Origin: Bacteroidaceae bacterium
GTDB lineage: Bacteria > Bacteroidota > Bacteroidia > Bacteroidales > Bacteroidaceae
Direction of reading: 5' to 3'
Length of the DNA: 64,000 nucleotides
Assembly: GCA_963651205.1 (NCBI GenBank)
Contig: CAVJPC010000118.1
Location: 1,756-65,755 of the forward strand
Position numbers and translations under genes: made by a program. Below are positions 42,016 to 51,212 of the stretch, one piece after another (within the stretch, counting starts at the first letter, position 1; each line of letters starts with the position of its first letter). A model generated the notes under the pieces. That model was not told the origin of the DNA, searched no databases, and worked only from the letters and a program-made list of their open reading frames with translations.

Positions 42016-42629
42016 TTTCTTAATCTGCTTAATATGATTTCTACATTTTCTTGCTTTCTGCGTTCCATGTACTGGTGATATTCTTCCCCTTTCTCTTCCA
42101 GAAACAAATGGATCAACGGATTGGCCACGAAGACAAAGATATTGAGAGATACCACGCTTATCATTAAATCCTCCGCTTTGACAGGCCGTACCGTTCCCCT
42201 GGCAATTTCTTCTTGTAATGAACGGTCAAGCAGTTTCACCGCCAGCAGAAAATTAGGAAACAGGGTTTTGCGGCAAACTTCTTTTCCACTTTCATTGACT
42301 AAAATTTCCCTGTATATAAATAAAGGTAAATCGGGGTTGGCCGCTAAAAGGTCAAAGTGTGCTTCAATGCTGCATTTCACTTTTTCCAGAAAAGGCAGTG
42401 ACTCGTCTACACGAGATAGAAAGGTGTCTGCCAGTTGCCTGGCCTTCTCTTCAAATACTTTGTTGAACAGATTCTCTTTTGTACGGAAATAATAATGCAA
42501 CATGGCATGGGTAACTCCTGCTTCCTTTGCTATTTCTGTGGTCTTGCTTCCGGAGAATCCTTTCTTAAGAAATTCTTTCTCAGCAGCTTTCAGTATGGCT
42601 TGTTCTGTATTACTTGATTCTTCTTTCAT
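42012..42629 (-). CDS. TetR/AcrR-family regulator
   Basis: ILKAAEKEFLKKGF...EIAKEAGVTHAMLHYYFRTKENLF. Confidence 0.93.
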   Translation of the reverse strand: MKEESSNTEQAILKAAEKEFLKKGFSGSKTTEIAKEAGVTHAMLHYYFRTKENLFNKVFEEKARQLADTFLSRVDESLPFLEKVKCSIEAHFDLLAANPDLPLFIYREILVNESGKEVCRKTLFPNFLLAVKLLDRSLQEEIARGTVRPVKAEDLMISVVSLNIFVFVANPLIHLFLEEKGEEYHQYMERRKQENVEIILSRLRK

Positions 42630-42769
42630 GTTATCATATATGTTTAACAGGATTGTTAGTAAACGCAAATGTATAGGGAATAAATGAAAATTGCAAATAG
42701 ATAGGAGGAAAATTTTGTTTCGGGCTTGTTATTAAGTGTTTTTATATGGAAGGTTAGTCCTTTCTGTAT

Positions 42770-42920
42770 GGAAGACTAAGCACTTTTATCCTTTTATGTG
42801 CTATCTCCCAAGGTTTGGGAGTTAACTCCAAGCAGTTTGGAGTTAACTCTATAAGGCTTGGAGATAACTCCAAAATACTATGGAGATAGAACATGACCTG
42901 ATAAAAAGTCTTAGTCTTCC
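42770..42920. repeat. 151-bp imperfect palindrome containing a 21-bp-period array of GGAGWTAACTCC
   Basis: Ends GGAAGACTAAG (42770) and CTTAGTCTTCC (42910); units at 42797, 42818, 42839, 42860, 42882. Confidence 0.7.
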
Positions 42921-43066
42921 TGATAAAAAGCCTTGGATATATAATAGAAAAGGATTAGATGGCCGGAAGAAGATTGAAAAAGTATGGGGTGAAGAGATTG
43001 AAAGAGCATCCTGTCTATCCTTTCTACCAATCTCATTTAACACTTCCGATAGGGCTGTCAATTACT

Positions 43067-43376
43067 GTAGGAGCGGATTGAACCCCGCAGCCGTCAAGCT
43101 AAGGGACACATCCACTGTAGGGGCGACGTCCGGTCGCCTGAATGCATCCGCAAATCCACCTTTCAGTGTGTTGTCGGGCGGATTCAATCCCATAGCCGTC
43201 AAGCTAAGGGATTAATGGCGTTCCCGTCCACCGTAGGGGCGCATTGAATGCGCCCGATAACACTCCGAAAAGTATATTTGTGGATGCATTCGGGCGGAAG
43301 CATTCCGCCCCTACAGTGGGTGGAAACGCCATTTGCCGGCTTAACCTGACGGCTATGGGGCAAACCCCGCCCCTAC
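43067..43376. mobile_element. REP cluster 7: nested IS231-like MITEs; inner 167-bp element 43191-43357 carries a REP doublet
   Basis: Truncated REP 43067-43085, end 43086-43105, REP 43117-43139, truncated REP 43176-43190, end 43191-43210, REPs 43233-43255 and 43292-43314, end 43340-43357 (minus), truncated REP 43358-43376. Confidence 0.85.
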
Positions 43377-43455
43377 AGCTAAAACGCTACCGGAAATATG
43401 AATGGAGAAGTGTAGAAAGAATACATCATAAAAGGAATTTTCCCTTTCACACAGT

Positions 43456-43827
43456 TCACAGGACGGAAATCCCACGTCGGATATATTCTCTTTCCATATC
43501 CTCCGGCTTCAGTACCCTGTTATCAAATACCAGTAAGTCGATATCCAGTTTTACCACCCCCAGGGACTTGTCTTCGGGTATGCGTCCGCTACGTCGTTCC
43601 AGCTCTTTAAGGATGTCGTGGACGGAATCGGGCGAAAGAGTTGTACTGAATCTTGCCAACTGATTGCTGAAAGGAGAGTGGAACCCGCTGCCGATTGCCT
43701 CCGTTTCCATCATCTCGCCGAAATGGATATCGGGAAACGTAGCGCACAACGCTTTCCGTGCAACCGAAAGCTGCGCGGAACGGTCTGTATTAGAGCCCAT
43801 ACAAAGCAAACAATGGTGTTCGTCCAT
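43456..43827 (-). CDS. Short FolK/HPPK-like protein (123 aa)
   Basis: LLCMGSN, ETEAIG, FSNQLA, LKELERRSGR, LDIDLL; start placed at MDEHH because the longer ORF overlaps kdsB. Confidence 0.75.
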   Translation of the reverse strand: MDEHHCLLCMGSNTDRSAQLSVARKALCATFPDIHFGEMMETEAIGSGFHSPFSNQLARFSTTLSPDSVHDILKELERRSGRIPEDKSLGVVKLDIDLLVFDNRVLKPEDMEREYIRRGISVL

Positions 43828-43905
43828 AACATTTATTGCATTAATGGTGCAAATGTATGAAATGTTTTTGTTACTTTTGCATGAATATATAAAAGAAATG
43901 GTACC

Positions 43906-44664
43906 ATGAAATTTATTGGAATTATTCCTGCAAGATATGCCTCTACCCGTTTTCCGGCCAAACCTTTGGCCATCTTGGGAGGCAAACCTGTGATTCAGAG
44001 AGTCTATGAACAAGTAGCCGGCATACTGGATGAAGCCTGCGTGGCAACGGACGACGAGCGCATTGAAGCTGCGGTAAAAGCCTTTGGCGGTAAAGTGGTC
44101 ATGACCTCTGTCCGTCACAAAAGCGGTACGGACCGCTGCTATGAAGCTTATACCAAAGTAGGACAAGGATATGACGTGATTGTAAATATTCAGGGTGATG
44201 AGCCTTTTATCCAAAGATCACAGCTTGAGGCTGTAAAAGCTTGTTTTGAAGACCCTGCCACACAGATTGCCACGTTGGTAAAGCCTTTCACTTCCGAAGA
44301 CGGGGTTGAAGCCTTGGAGAATGTAAATTCTCCTAAAGTGGTGGTGAACAAGAATAGGAATGCCTTGTATTTCAGCCGTTCTATCATTCCCTTCCAGCGT
44401 AACGCGGAAAAGGCTGATTGGCTGAGAGGGCATACCTACTACAAGCATATCGGACTGTATGCTTACCGCGCTGATGCACTGAAAGAAATAACTTCGCTTC
44501 CGCAATCCTCATTAGAACTGGCTGAGTCCTTGGAACAGCTTCGCTGGCTGGAAAACGGCTATACTATTAAGGTAGGACTCAGTGAAGTGGAAACGATAGG
44601 CATTGATACGCCTCAGGATCTGGCGCGTGCCGAAGAATTTTTAAAACAGAAGGAGGGGAAGTAA
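43906..44664 (+). CDS. kdsB: 3-deoxy-manno-octulosonate cytidylyltransferase
   Basis: IPARYASTRFPAKPL, SGTDR, NIQGDEP, ESLEQLRWLE. Confidence 0.97.
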   Translation: MKFIGIIPARYASTRFPAKPLAILGGKPVIQRVYEQVAGILDEACVATDDERIEAAVKAFGGKVVMTSVRHKSGTDRCYEAYTKVGQGYDVIVNIQGDEPFIQRSQLEAVKACFEDPATQIATLVKPFTSEDGVEALENVNSPKVVVNKNRNALYFSRSIIPFQRNAEKADWLRGHTYYKHIGLYAYRADALKEITSLPQSSLELAESLEQLRWLENGYTIKVGLSEVETIGIDTPQDLARAEEFLKQKEGK

Positions 44665-45951
44665 ATGCTGGACAGAACAACCCCACCGCCCATCCGCCAG
44701 TTAAGTGAATTTGGCATAGCCCGTCCCGACAGGAGAACGATGAAAAACGGGATGCCGCTGAATATCATTCATGCAGGAACCGAGGATGTTGTGCGATTTG
44801 ACCTTTTGATAGGTGGCGGACAATGGAATCAGGAACAGCCCTTGCAGGCCATGTTTACCAACAGGATGCTGCGTGAAGGAGCAGGAAATCTTACTTCCGC
44901 GCAAATAGCGGAACGATTGGATTATTACGGAGCATGGCTTGAATTGTCTTCTTCCGTAAATTATGGATTCATTACACTTTATTCCCTGAATAAATATTTT
45001 GCCCGTACGCTGGCTGTCATCTCTGAAATGATAAAGGCACCGGTATTTCCGGAAAAGGAACTTTCTGTGGTGGCCGATACAAACAAGCAGCAATTCCTGG
45101 TGAACAGCACGCGGGTGGAGATGATTGCCCGAAAACAGTTAAACAAGGCTTTGTTCGGTCCTGAGCATCCTTTCGGGCGTTATGCGGTGGCAGAAGATTA
45201 TGACCGGATTACTCCGGAAGTGCTCCGTTCGTTCTATCAGAAATATTATCATTCGGGCAATTGTTCGGTGTATGTGTCGGGAAAGGTCACACCGGAGATT
45301 ATTCATTGTATAGAAGATAACCTGGGAGGCGAGCAGTGGGGGAAAGTGACGGAAAAGACTGTAATGTCCGTTGTCCCGCCGGTCACGACCAAGGAAAAAC
45401 GGATCTTTATAGAACGTGAAGATGCCCTTCAAAGCTCCCTTAAAATGGGAAGTTTCGTAATGGACCGCCACCATCCGGACTTTTTGAAGGCCCGTGTCAT
45501 GGTCACTCTGTTTGGCGGTTATTTCGGCAGTCGCCTGATGTCCAATATCCGTGAAGACAAAGGATACACGTACGGCATTGGCGCAGGTATCGTGTCCTAT
45601 CCGGGTACGGGGATACTGGTTGTCAGCACCGAGGCGGCTAATGAATATGTTCAACCTATTATCACCGAAGTTTATCAGGAAATGGACAGACTATGTAATG
45701 ACCTTGTTCCTCAGGAAGAACTGGAGATGGTGAAAAACTATATGCTGGGCGACCTGTGCCGTTCATACGAAGGCCCCTTTTCCTTGTCCGATGCCTGGAT
45801 TTACATAGAAACGGCAGGACTGGACGACGGCTTTTTTATTCGTTCACTGGATGCTGTCCGTGGAATCACCAGAGAGGAAATACGCACATTGGCACAAAAG
45901 TATTTCTGCAAAGAAAACTTAATAGAGGTCATTGCGGGTAAAAAAGTGTAA
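44665..45951 (+). CDS. M16 (pitrilysin) family peptidase-like subunit, probably non-catalytic
   Basis: NGMP start, MLREGAG, FGGYFGSRLMSNIREDKGYTY; no HxxEH. Confidence 0.85.
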   Translation: MLDRTTPPPIRQLSEFGIARPDRRTMKNGMPLNIIHAGTEDVVRFDLLIGGGQWNQEQPLQAMFTNRMLREGAGNLTSAQIAERLDYYGAWLELSSSVNYGFITLYSLNKYFARTLAVISEMIKAPVFPEKELSVVADTNKQQFLVNSTRVEMIARKQLNKALFGPEHPFGRYAVAEDYDRITPEVLRSFYQKYYHSGNCSVYVSGKVTPEIIHCIEDNLGGEQWGKVTEKTVMSVVPPVTTKEKRIFIEREDALQSSLKMGSFVMDRHHPDFLKARVMVTLFGGYFGSRLMSNIREDKGYTYGIGAGIVSYPGTGILVVSTEAANEYVQPIITEVYQEMDRLCNDLVPQEELEMVKNYMLGDLCRSYEGPFSLSDAWIYIETAGLDDGFFIRSLDAVRGITREEIRTLAQKYFCKENLIEVIAGKKV

Positions 45952-46022
45952 TAACCTACAACGTCCAAAGGTAGAAAATCGTATCTTTGGCGTAAATCTT
46001 ATCTATTATAAGTAACGAACCA

Positions 46023-47141
46023 ATGAAGAAATACGTATATATATTATTGCTTTTAGCATCGGTCAGCACATGGGCCACCGCGCAGATAAAAATTGGAAAT
46101 TATACTTTTAAAGACGGCGGCGAATATACCGGGGAGCTGAAAGGTAGAAAACCCAACGGTAAAGGAAAGACAACCTACAAGAACGGCAACATCTATGAAG
46201 GGCAGTATGTAAAAGGTAAACGCGAAGGAGACGGAACGTACACTTTCCATGACGGTGAAAAGTATGTGGGGCAGTGGTTCCAGGACCAGCAGCATGGCAA
46301 CGGTACCTATTATTTTATGAACAATAACCGCTATGAAGGAATGTGGTTTGCCGATTACCAGCAGGGTGAAGGTACTATGTACTATTATAACGGAGACATT
46401 TATATAGGCAACTGGTATCAGGACAAACGTAGCGGCAAAGGTACGTATACTTGGAAGGCGGGAGCCAAATATGAAGGTGAGTGGAAAGAGGATAAGAAGA
46501 ACGGACAAGGCACTATGGTGTGGCCCGACCAGTCAAAATATGAAGGCGACTGGACGGATGATGCACGCGACGGAAAAGGTACATTTTACTATGTCAACGG
46601 TGATAAATATGTTGGCGACTGGAAAGATGATGTGCAGCATGGAAAGGGCATTTATTATTTTAACAGTGGCGACCGCTACGAAGGAGACTATATAGACGGT
46701 GAACGCACCGGACAAGGAATATATATACATAAGAACGGTGACAAGTATGTAGGGCAGTTCAAGAATGGCGAACAGCATGGAACCGGAACCTTTACATGGG
46801 CCAACGGTGCCGTGTACGAAGGTCAGTGGGTGAACAATCAGCGTAGCGGTAAAGGACATTACATCTGGGCAAACGGTGACGACTATGAAGGGGACTGGAA
46901 AAATAACATGGCCGATGGAGAAGGTACTTTGCGCACAGCCGATGGAACCAAATATAAAGGTCATTTCGTGAAAGGCAAGGAAGACGGCAAAGGTGTACTG
47001 GAAGATAAAAATGGGGTACGCTATGACGGATTCTTCAAGCAAGGCAAAAAACACGGGGCTTTTGTGGAAACCGATAAGAATGGAAATGTAATCCGTAAAG
47101 GTGTCTATAAATTTGGAACACTGGATGCGGAACAAAAATAA
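46023..47141 (+). CDS. Secreted MORN-repeat protein
   Basis: Signal peptide; about 14 tandem 23-aa YEGxWxxxxxxGxGTY repeats. Confidence 0.92.
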   Translation: MKKYVYILLLLASVSTWATAQIKIGNYTFKDGGEYTGELKGRKPNGKGKTTYKNGNIYEGQYVKGKREGDGTYTFHDGEKYVGQWFQDQQHGNGTYYFMNNNRYEGMWFADYQQGEGTMYYYNGDIYIGNWYQDKRSGKGTYTWKAGAKYEGEWKEDKKNGQGTMVWPDQSKYEGDWTDDARDGKGTFYYVNGDKYVGDWKDDVQHGKGIYYFNSGDRYEGDYIDGERTGQGIYIHKNGDKYVGQFKNGEQHGTGTFTWANGAVYEGQWVNNQRSGKGHYIWANGDDYEGDWKNNMADGEGTLRTADGTKYKGHFVKGKEDGKGVLEDKNGVRYDGFFKQGKKHGAFVETDKNGNVIRKGVYKFGTLDAEQK

Positions 47142-47148
47142 GAATACA

Positions 47149-47937
47149 ATGCTGGATTTAGAGAATATAACTTTAAAAGTTCGTGAAATAGCACTCCATG
47201 CGGGTGCTTTTCTTCGTAATGAGCGTAGTAGTTTCGACCGTAGCAAAGTCGAAAAGAAAAGTGCCCACGACTATGTGTCCTATGTGGACAAGGAATCTGA
47301 ACGACGTATTGTGGCACAACTTCGAGAACTGGTTCCCGAAGCCGGATTCATAGCCGAAGAGGGTTCGGGCAGCCTGACCACGGAAGAATATTGCTGGCTG
47401 GTGGACCCGCTGGACGGGACAACCAACTTTATCCATAACAATGCGCCTTATTGTGTGAGCATTGCTCTCCGCAATAAAGAAGAACTGCTGGTAGGCGTGG
47501 TATATGAAGTCTGCCGCGATGAACTTTACTGGACTTATAAAGGGACACCCTCTTATCTGAACGGCAAGGAAATACATGTATCGAATGTTTCTGATATAGA
47601 TGAAGCTTTTGTAGCGTTGGGTTTTCCTTATGATTCACAAAAGTACAAGCCCTTGGCAGAACACATTGTGCACGAACTGTATGGCAACGTAGGAGGAATG
47701 CGCCTGCAAGGAGCTGCTGCTGCAGAGCTTTGTTATGTAGCTGCGGGACGCTTTGAAGCCCGCATAGAGGGGCTGCTGGGGCCGTGGGATATTGCTGCCG
47801 GTTCGATAATCTTGATGAATGCTGGTGGAAAAGTTACCGATTACAGTGGAGGAGCGGACTTTTGTTCCGGCCGTGAAGTGCTGGCTACCAATGGGAAACT
47901 ACATGATGAGTTTTTCAGGGTATTAGGAAAAAGATAA
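47149..47937 (+). CDS. Inositol monophosphatase (SuhB-like)
   Basis: WLVDPLDGTTNF, GPWDIAAG. Confidence 0.92.
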   Translation: MLDLENITLKVREIALHAGAFLRNERSSFDRSKVEKKSAHDYVSYVDKESERRIVAQLRELVPEAGFIAEEGSGSLTTEEYCWLVDPLDGTTNFIHNNAPYCVSIALRNKEELLVGVVYEVCRDELYWTYKGTPSYLNGKEIHVSNVSDIDEAFVALGFPYDSQKYKPLAEHIVHELYGNVGGMRLQGAAAAELCYVAAGRFEARIEGLLGPWDIAAGSIILMNAGGKVTDYSGGADFCSGREVLATNGKLHDEFFRVLGKR

Positions 47938-48011
47938 ATACTTTGCTTTTTTCTAGTTCATTACAAATATATTTTGTAAGTTTGTCAGGTGAACACATGA
48001 ACAAATGTAAC

Positions 48012-48677
48012 ATGAATGTATCTTTTATCTTTCAATTTTTAAAAGACCTGGCCGCAAACAATAATCGTGAGTGGTTTCAGGAGCATAAGGATGAATATCT
48101 GAAAGCACAAAAAGAGTTCGAGGAATTACTGACGGCAATCATTGCCCGTATTTCATTGTTTGACGAAAGCATTGTCGGTATCCAGGCCAAGGACTGTACG
48201 TACCGCATCTATCGTGACACACGTTTCTCTACCGATAAGACTCCTTATAAAATACACTTCGGCGGTTATATCAACGCTCGTGGGAAAAAGTCTGAACATT
48301 GTGGCTACTACGTTCATATCGAGAACGGAAACTGTATGCTTGCGGGGGGAAGCTTTTGTTTGGAACCTAAGGTTCTGAAGGCTGTCCGCCAGTCTATCTA
48401 TGATAACATAGATGAGTACAGAGGGATTGTGGAAGATCCCGCATTCAAGCAATACTTCCCTGTTATCGGAGAAAATCACTTGAAAACGGCTCCCAAAGGA
48501 TTTCCGAAAGATTTTGAATATATTGATTATTTGAAATGTAAGGATTATACGTGCGCTTATACGGTGCCCGATGCATTTTTCCTTGCTCCCAACTGGTTGG
48601 ACAAGGTGGAAGACGCTTTCAAACAGCTGAAACGCTATGCTGATTTCACAAACTTCACGATTGACGACTTTGAATGA
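48012..48677 (+). CDS. DUF2461 (TIGR02453) family protein
   Basis: LAANNNREWF, YRIYRDTRFSTDKTPYK, LKTAPKGF. Confidence 0.88.
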   Translation: MNVSFIFQFLKDLAANNNREWFQEHKDEYLKAQKEFEELLTAIIARISLFDESIVGIQAKDCTYRIYRDTRFSTDKTPYKIHFGGYINARGKKSEHCGYYVHIENGNCMLAGGSFCLEPKVLKAVRQSIYDNIDEYRGIVEDPAFKQYFPVIGENHLKTAPKGFPKDFEYIDYLKCKDYTCAYTVPDAFFLAPNWLDKVEDAFKQLKRYADFTNFTIDDFE

Positions 48678-48712
48678 TAAAGCAATATTTTAACCATTAA
48701 AATCAAATAATT

Positions 48713-49153
48713 ATGGTAATAGACAGATTAGAAAACTTAGAAAAGTATGCTTCGCTGAATCCTTTGTTTGCCAAAGCAATGGAATATTTGAAGGCTACGG
48801 ACTTGAACGCTCAGGAATTAGGAAAAGTAAAATTACAGGGTGATGATCTGGTAGTAAACTTTTCTCAGACCAAACCTAAGACTAAAGAAGAAGCAAAATT
48901 AGAAACTCATAATCAATTTATTGATATACAGATTCCTCTGTCAGGGGTGGAAGTGATGGGCTATACGGCACGTGAAGATCTTCCCGAAGCAGAATATGAT
49001 GCTGATAAGGATATCTCTTTCTATTCAGGACTTGCCGAAAGTTATATTCCTGTAAAACCGGGAATGTTCGCTATTTTCTTCCCGCAGGATGCTCATGCTC
49101 CAGGCGTATCGCCTGACGGTGTGAAGAAAGTAATCGTGAAAGTATTGGTTTGA
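48713..49153 (+). CDS. YhcH/YjgK/YiaL (NanQ-like) family protein
   Basis: ETHNQFIDIQ, FAIFFPQDAHAP, KKVIVKV. Confidence 0.9.
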   Translation: MVIDRLENLEKYASLNPLFAKAMEYLKATDLNAQELGKVKLQGDDLVVNFSQTKPKTKEEAKLETHNQFIDIQIPLSGVEVMGYTAREDLPEAEYDADKDISFYSGLAESYIPVKPGMFAIFFPQDAHAPGVSPDGVKKVIVKVLV

Positions 49154-49181
49154 AAGAATATAACTAACAATTAATCATATT

Positions 49182-51209
49182 ATGGAAAATACCACTCCAA
49201 AATTAGGCATAATAGAAAGCGATCCTTGGCTAGAACCGTATTCGGCAGCTATTGAAGGGCGTCATCAGCATGCATTAGACAAAGAATTGGAATTGACCGG
49301 CGGTAAAGGGAATTTGTCGGACTTTGCCACCGGATATTTATATTTCGGCTTGCACCGCACCAAAAGAGGATGGGTGTTCCGCGAATGGGCTCCGAATGCT
49401 AAGGAAATCTATCTTATCGGAGATTTCAACGACTGGAAAGAACATGGCGATTACAGAATGTATCGCGTAAGAAACTCTCCGGGTGTATGGGAAGTGGAAT
49501 TACAGGGAAATGCCATACAGCACGGTGATTTGTATAAATTGAAGATCCGTTGGGACGGTGGTGAAGGCGAACGGATTCCGGCATGGGCCAACCGTGTGGT
49601 GCAGGATGATCAGACGAAGATATTCAGTGCACAGGTCTGGGCTCCGGAGAAACCTTATCAGTTTAGAAAGAAGGTATTTCGTGCAAAGACGGATCCTTTG
49701 ATGATTTATGAATGCCATGTCGGTATGGCACAGGAAGAAGAAAAGGTAGGGACTTATAATGAATTTCGTGAAAAGATATTGCCGCGAGTGGCTGACGCCG
49801 GATATAACTGTATCCAGATTATGGCCATTCAGGAACATCCTTATTATGGAAGTTTCGGTTATCATGTTTCCAGTTTCTTTGCTCCGTCCTCTCGTTTCGG
49901 CACGCCGGATGAATTGAAAGAATTGATTGATACGGCTCACAGAATGGGTATTTCCGTAATTATGGATATCGTTCATTCTCATGCCGTGAAGAATGAAATG
50001 GAAGGACTGGGCAACTTTGCCGGTGATCCTGACCAGTATTTCTATCCGGGTGGTCGTCGTGAACATCCGGCATGGGATTCCCTGTGCTTTGATTATGGAA
50101 AGAATGAAGTGATTCATTTCTTGCTTTCCAATTGCAAGTATTGGATGGAAGAATTTCGTTTTGACGGTTTCCGTTTTGACGGGGTGACTTCAATGTTGTA
50201 TTATAGTCACGGTTTGGGAGAAGCATTCTGTAACTACGGAGATTATTTCAATGGTAATCAGGATGATAACGCTATCTGTTACTTGACATTGGCCAACAAG
50301 CTGATTCATCAGGTAAACTCCAAGGCTATTACGATTGCAGAAGAAGTTTCCGGTATGCCCGGACTGGCAGCTCCGGTTCAGGATGGTGGATACGGATTCG
50401 ATTACCGTATGGCTATGAATATTCCGGATTATTGGATCAAGACCATTAAGGAAAAGATAGATGAAGACTGGAAACCGAGCAGCATGTTCTGGGAAGTGAC
50501 CAACAGACGTAAGGATGAAAAGACCATTTCGTATGCCGAAAGTCATGACCAAGCTCTGGTAGGTGACAAGACGATTATCTTCCGTCTGATTGATGCCGAT
50601 ATGTACTGGCATTTCCAGAAAGGGGACGAGAACTATACGGTTCACCGCGGCATCGCTTTGCATAAGATGATCCGTCTGCTTACCGCCTCTACCATCAATG
50701 GTGGTTACCTGAACTTTATGGGGAATGAATTTGGTCATCCCGAATGGATTGACTTCCCGCGTGAAGGTAATGGATGGTCACATAAATACGCCCGTCGTCA
50801 GTGGGGGCTTTTTGACAATAAGAACCTGTGTTACCATTATTTGGGCGATTTTGATTCTGCGATGGTTCACCTGGTTGAGAGTGTGAAGAATATTCAGGAT
50901 TCTCCTGTGGTTGAAATATGGCACAATGATGGTGACCAGGTATTGGCTTACCGTCGTAAGAATTTAGTTTTTGTATTTAACTTCAGTCCGACCAATTCAT
51001 TTACAGACTATGGCTTCCTGGTACCTGCGGGAGCATATGATGTGGTCTTGAATACAGATGCGACAGCATTTGGAGGGAATGGCTTGGCTGATGACAGTGT
51101 TCGTCATTTTACCAACTTCGATCCTCTTTACAAGAGAGACAAGAAGGAATGGTTGAAACTGTATCTGCCTGCCCGTTCGGCTGTGGTATTGAAAAGAGTG
51201 AAAGAATAA
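49182..51209 (+). CDS. glgB: 1,4-alpha-glucan branching enzyme (GH13)
   Basis: FREWAPNA, IYECHVG, DGFRFDGVTSM, AEEVSG, YAESHDQ. Confidence 0.93.
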   Translation: MENTTPKLGIIESDPWLEPYSAAIEGRHQHALDKELELTGGKGNLSDFATGYLYFGLHRTKRGWVFREWAPNAKEIYLIGDFNDWKEHGDYRMYRVRNSPGVWEVELQGNAIQHGDLYKLKIRWDGGEGERIPAWANRVVQDDQTKIFSAQVWAPEKPYQFRKKVFRAKTDPLMIYECHVGMAQEEEKVGTYNEFREKILPRVADAGYNCIQIMAIQEHPYYGSFGYHVSSFFAPSSRFGTPDELKELIDTAHRMGISVIMDIVHSHAVKNEMEGLGNFAGDPDQYFYPGGRREHPAWDSLCFDYGKNEVIHFLLSNCKYWMEEFRFDGFRFDGVTSMLYYSHGLGEAFCNYGDYFNGNQDDNAICYLTLANKLIHQVNSKAITIAEEVSGMPGLAAPVQDGGYGFDYRMAMNIPDYWIKTIKEKIDEDWKPSSMFWEVTNRRKDEKTISYAESHDQALVGDKTIIFRLIDADMYWHFQKGDENYTVHRGIALHKMIRLLTASTINGGYLNFMGNEFGHPEWIDFPREGNGWSHKYARRQWGLFDNKNLCYHYLGDFDSAMVHLVESVKNIQDSPVVEIWHNDGDQVLAYRRKNLVFVFNFSPTNSFTDYGFLVPAGAYDVVLNTDATAFGGNGLADDSVRHFTNFDPLYKRDKKEWLKLYLPARSAVVLKRVKE

Positions 51210-51212
51210 CCT

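Noticed and set aside
14864..43376. REP clusters or the 42.8-kb array as CRISPR arrays
   Set aside because: Repeats alternate in orientation, spacers are reused between loci or are only about 9 nt, and no cas genes are present.
14879..43663. Small ORFs sharing peptides such as HSAPT and MGQTPPL (14879, 19411, 30499, 36350, 39567, 42880, 43244)
   Set aside because: The similarity comes from translating REP/MITE DNA; frames and indels are inconsistent between copies.
43828..44214. N-terminal extension of the 252-aa FolK-like ORF
   Set aside because: It is antisense to kdsB; HPPK similarity begins only at 43827.
46023..47141. 69-bp periodicity as a DNA repeat element
   Set aside because: Fully explained by MORN protein repeats.
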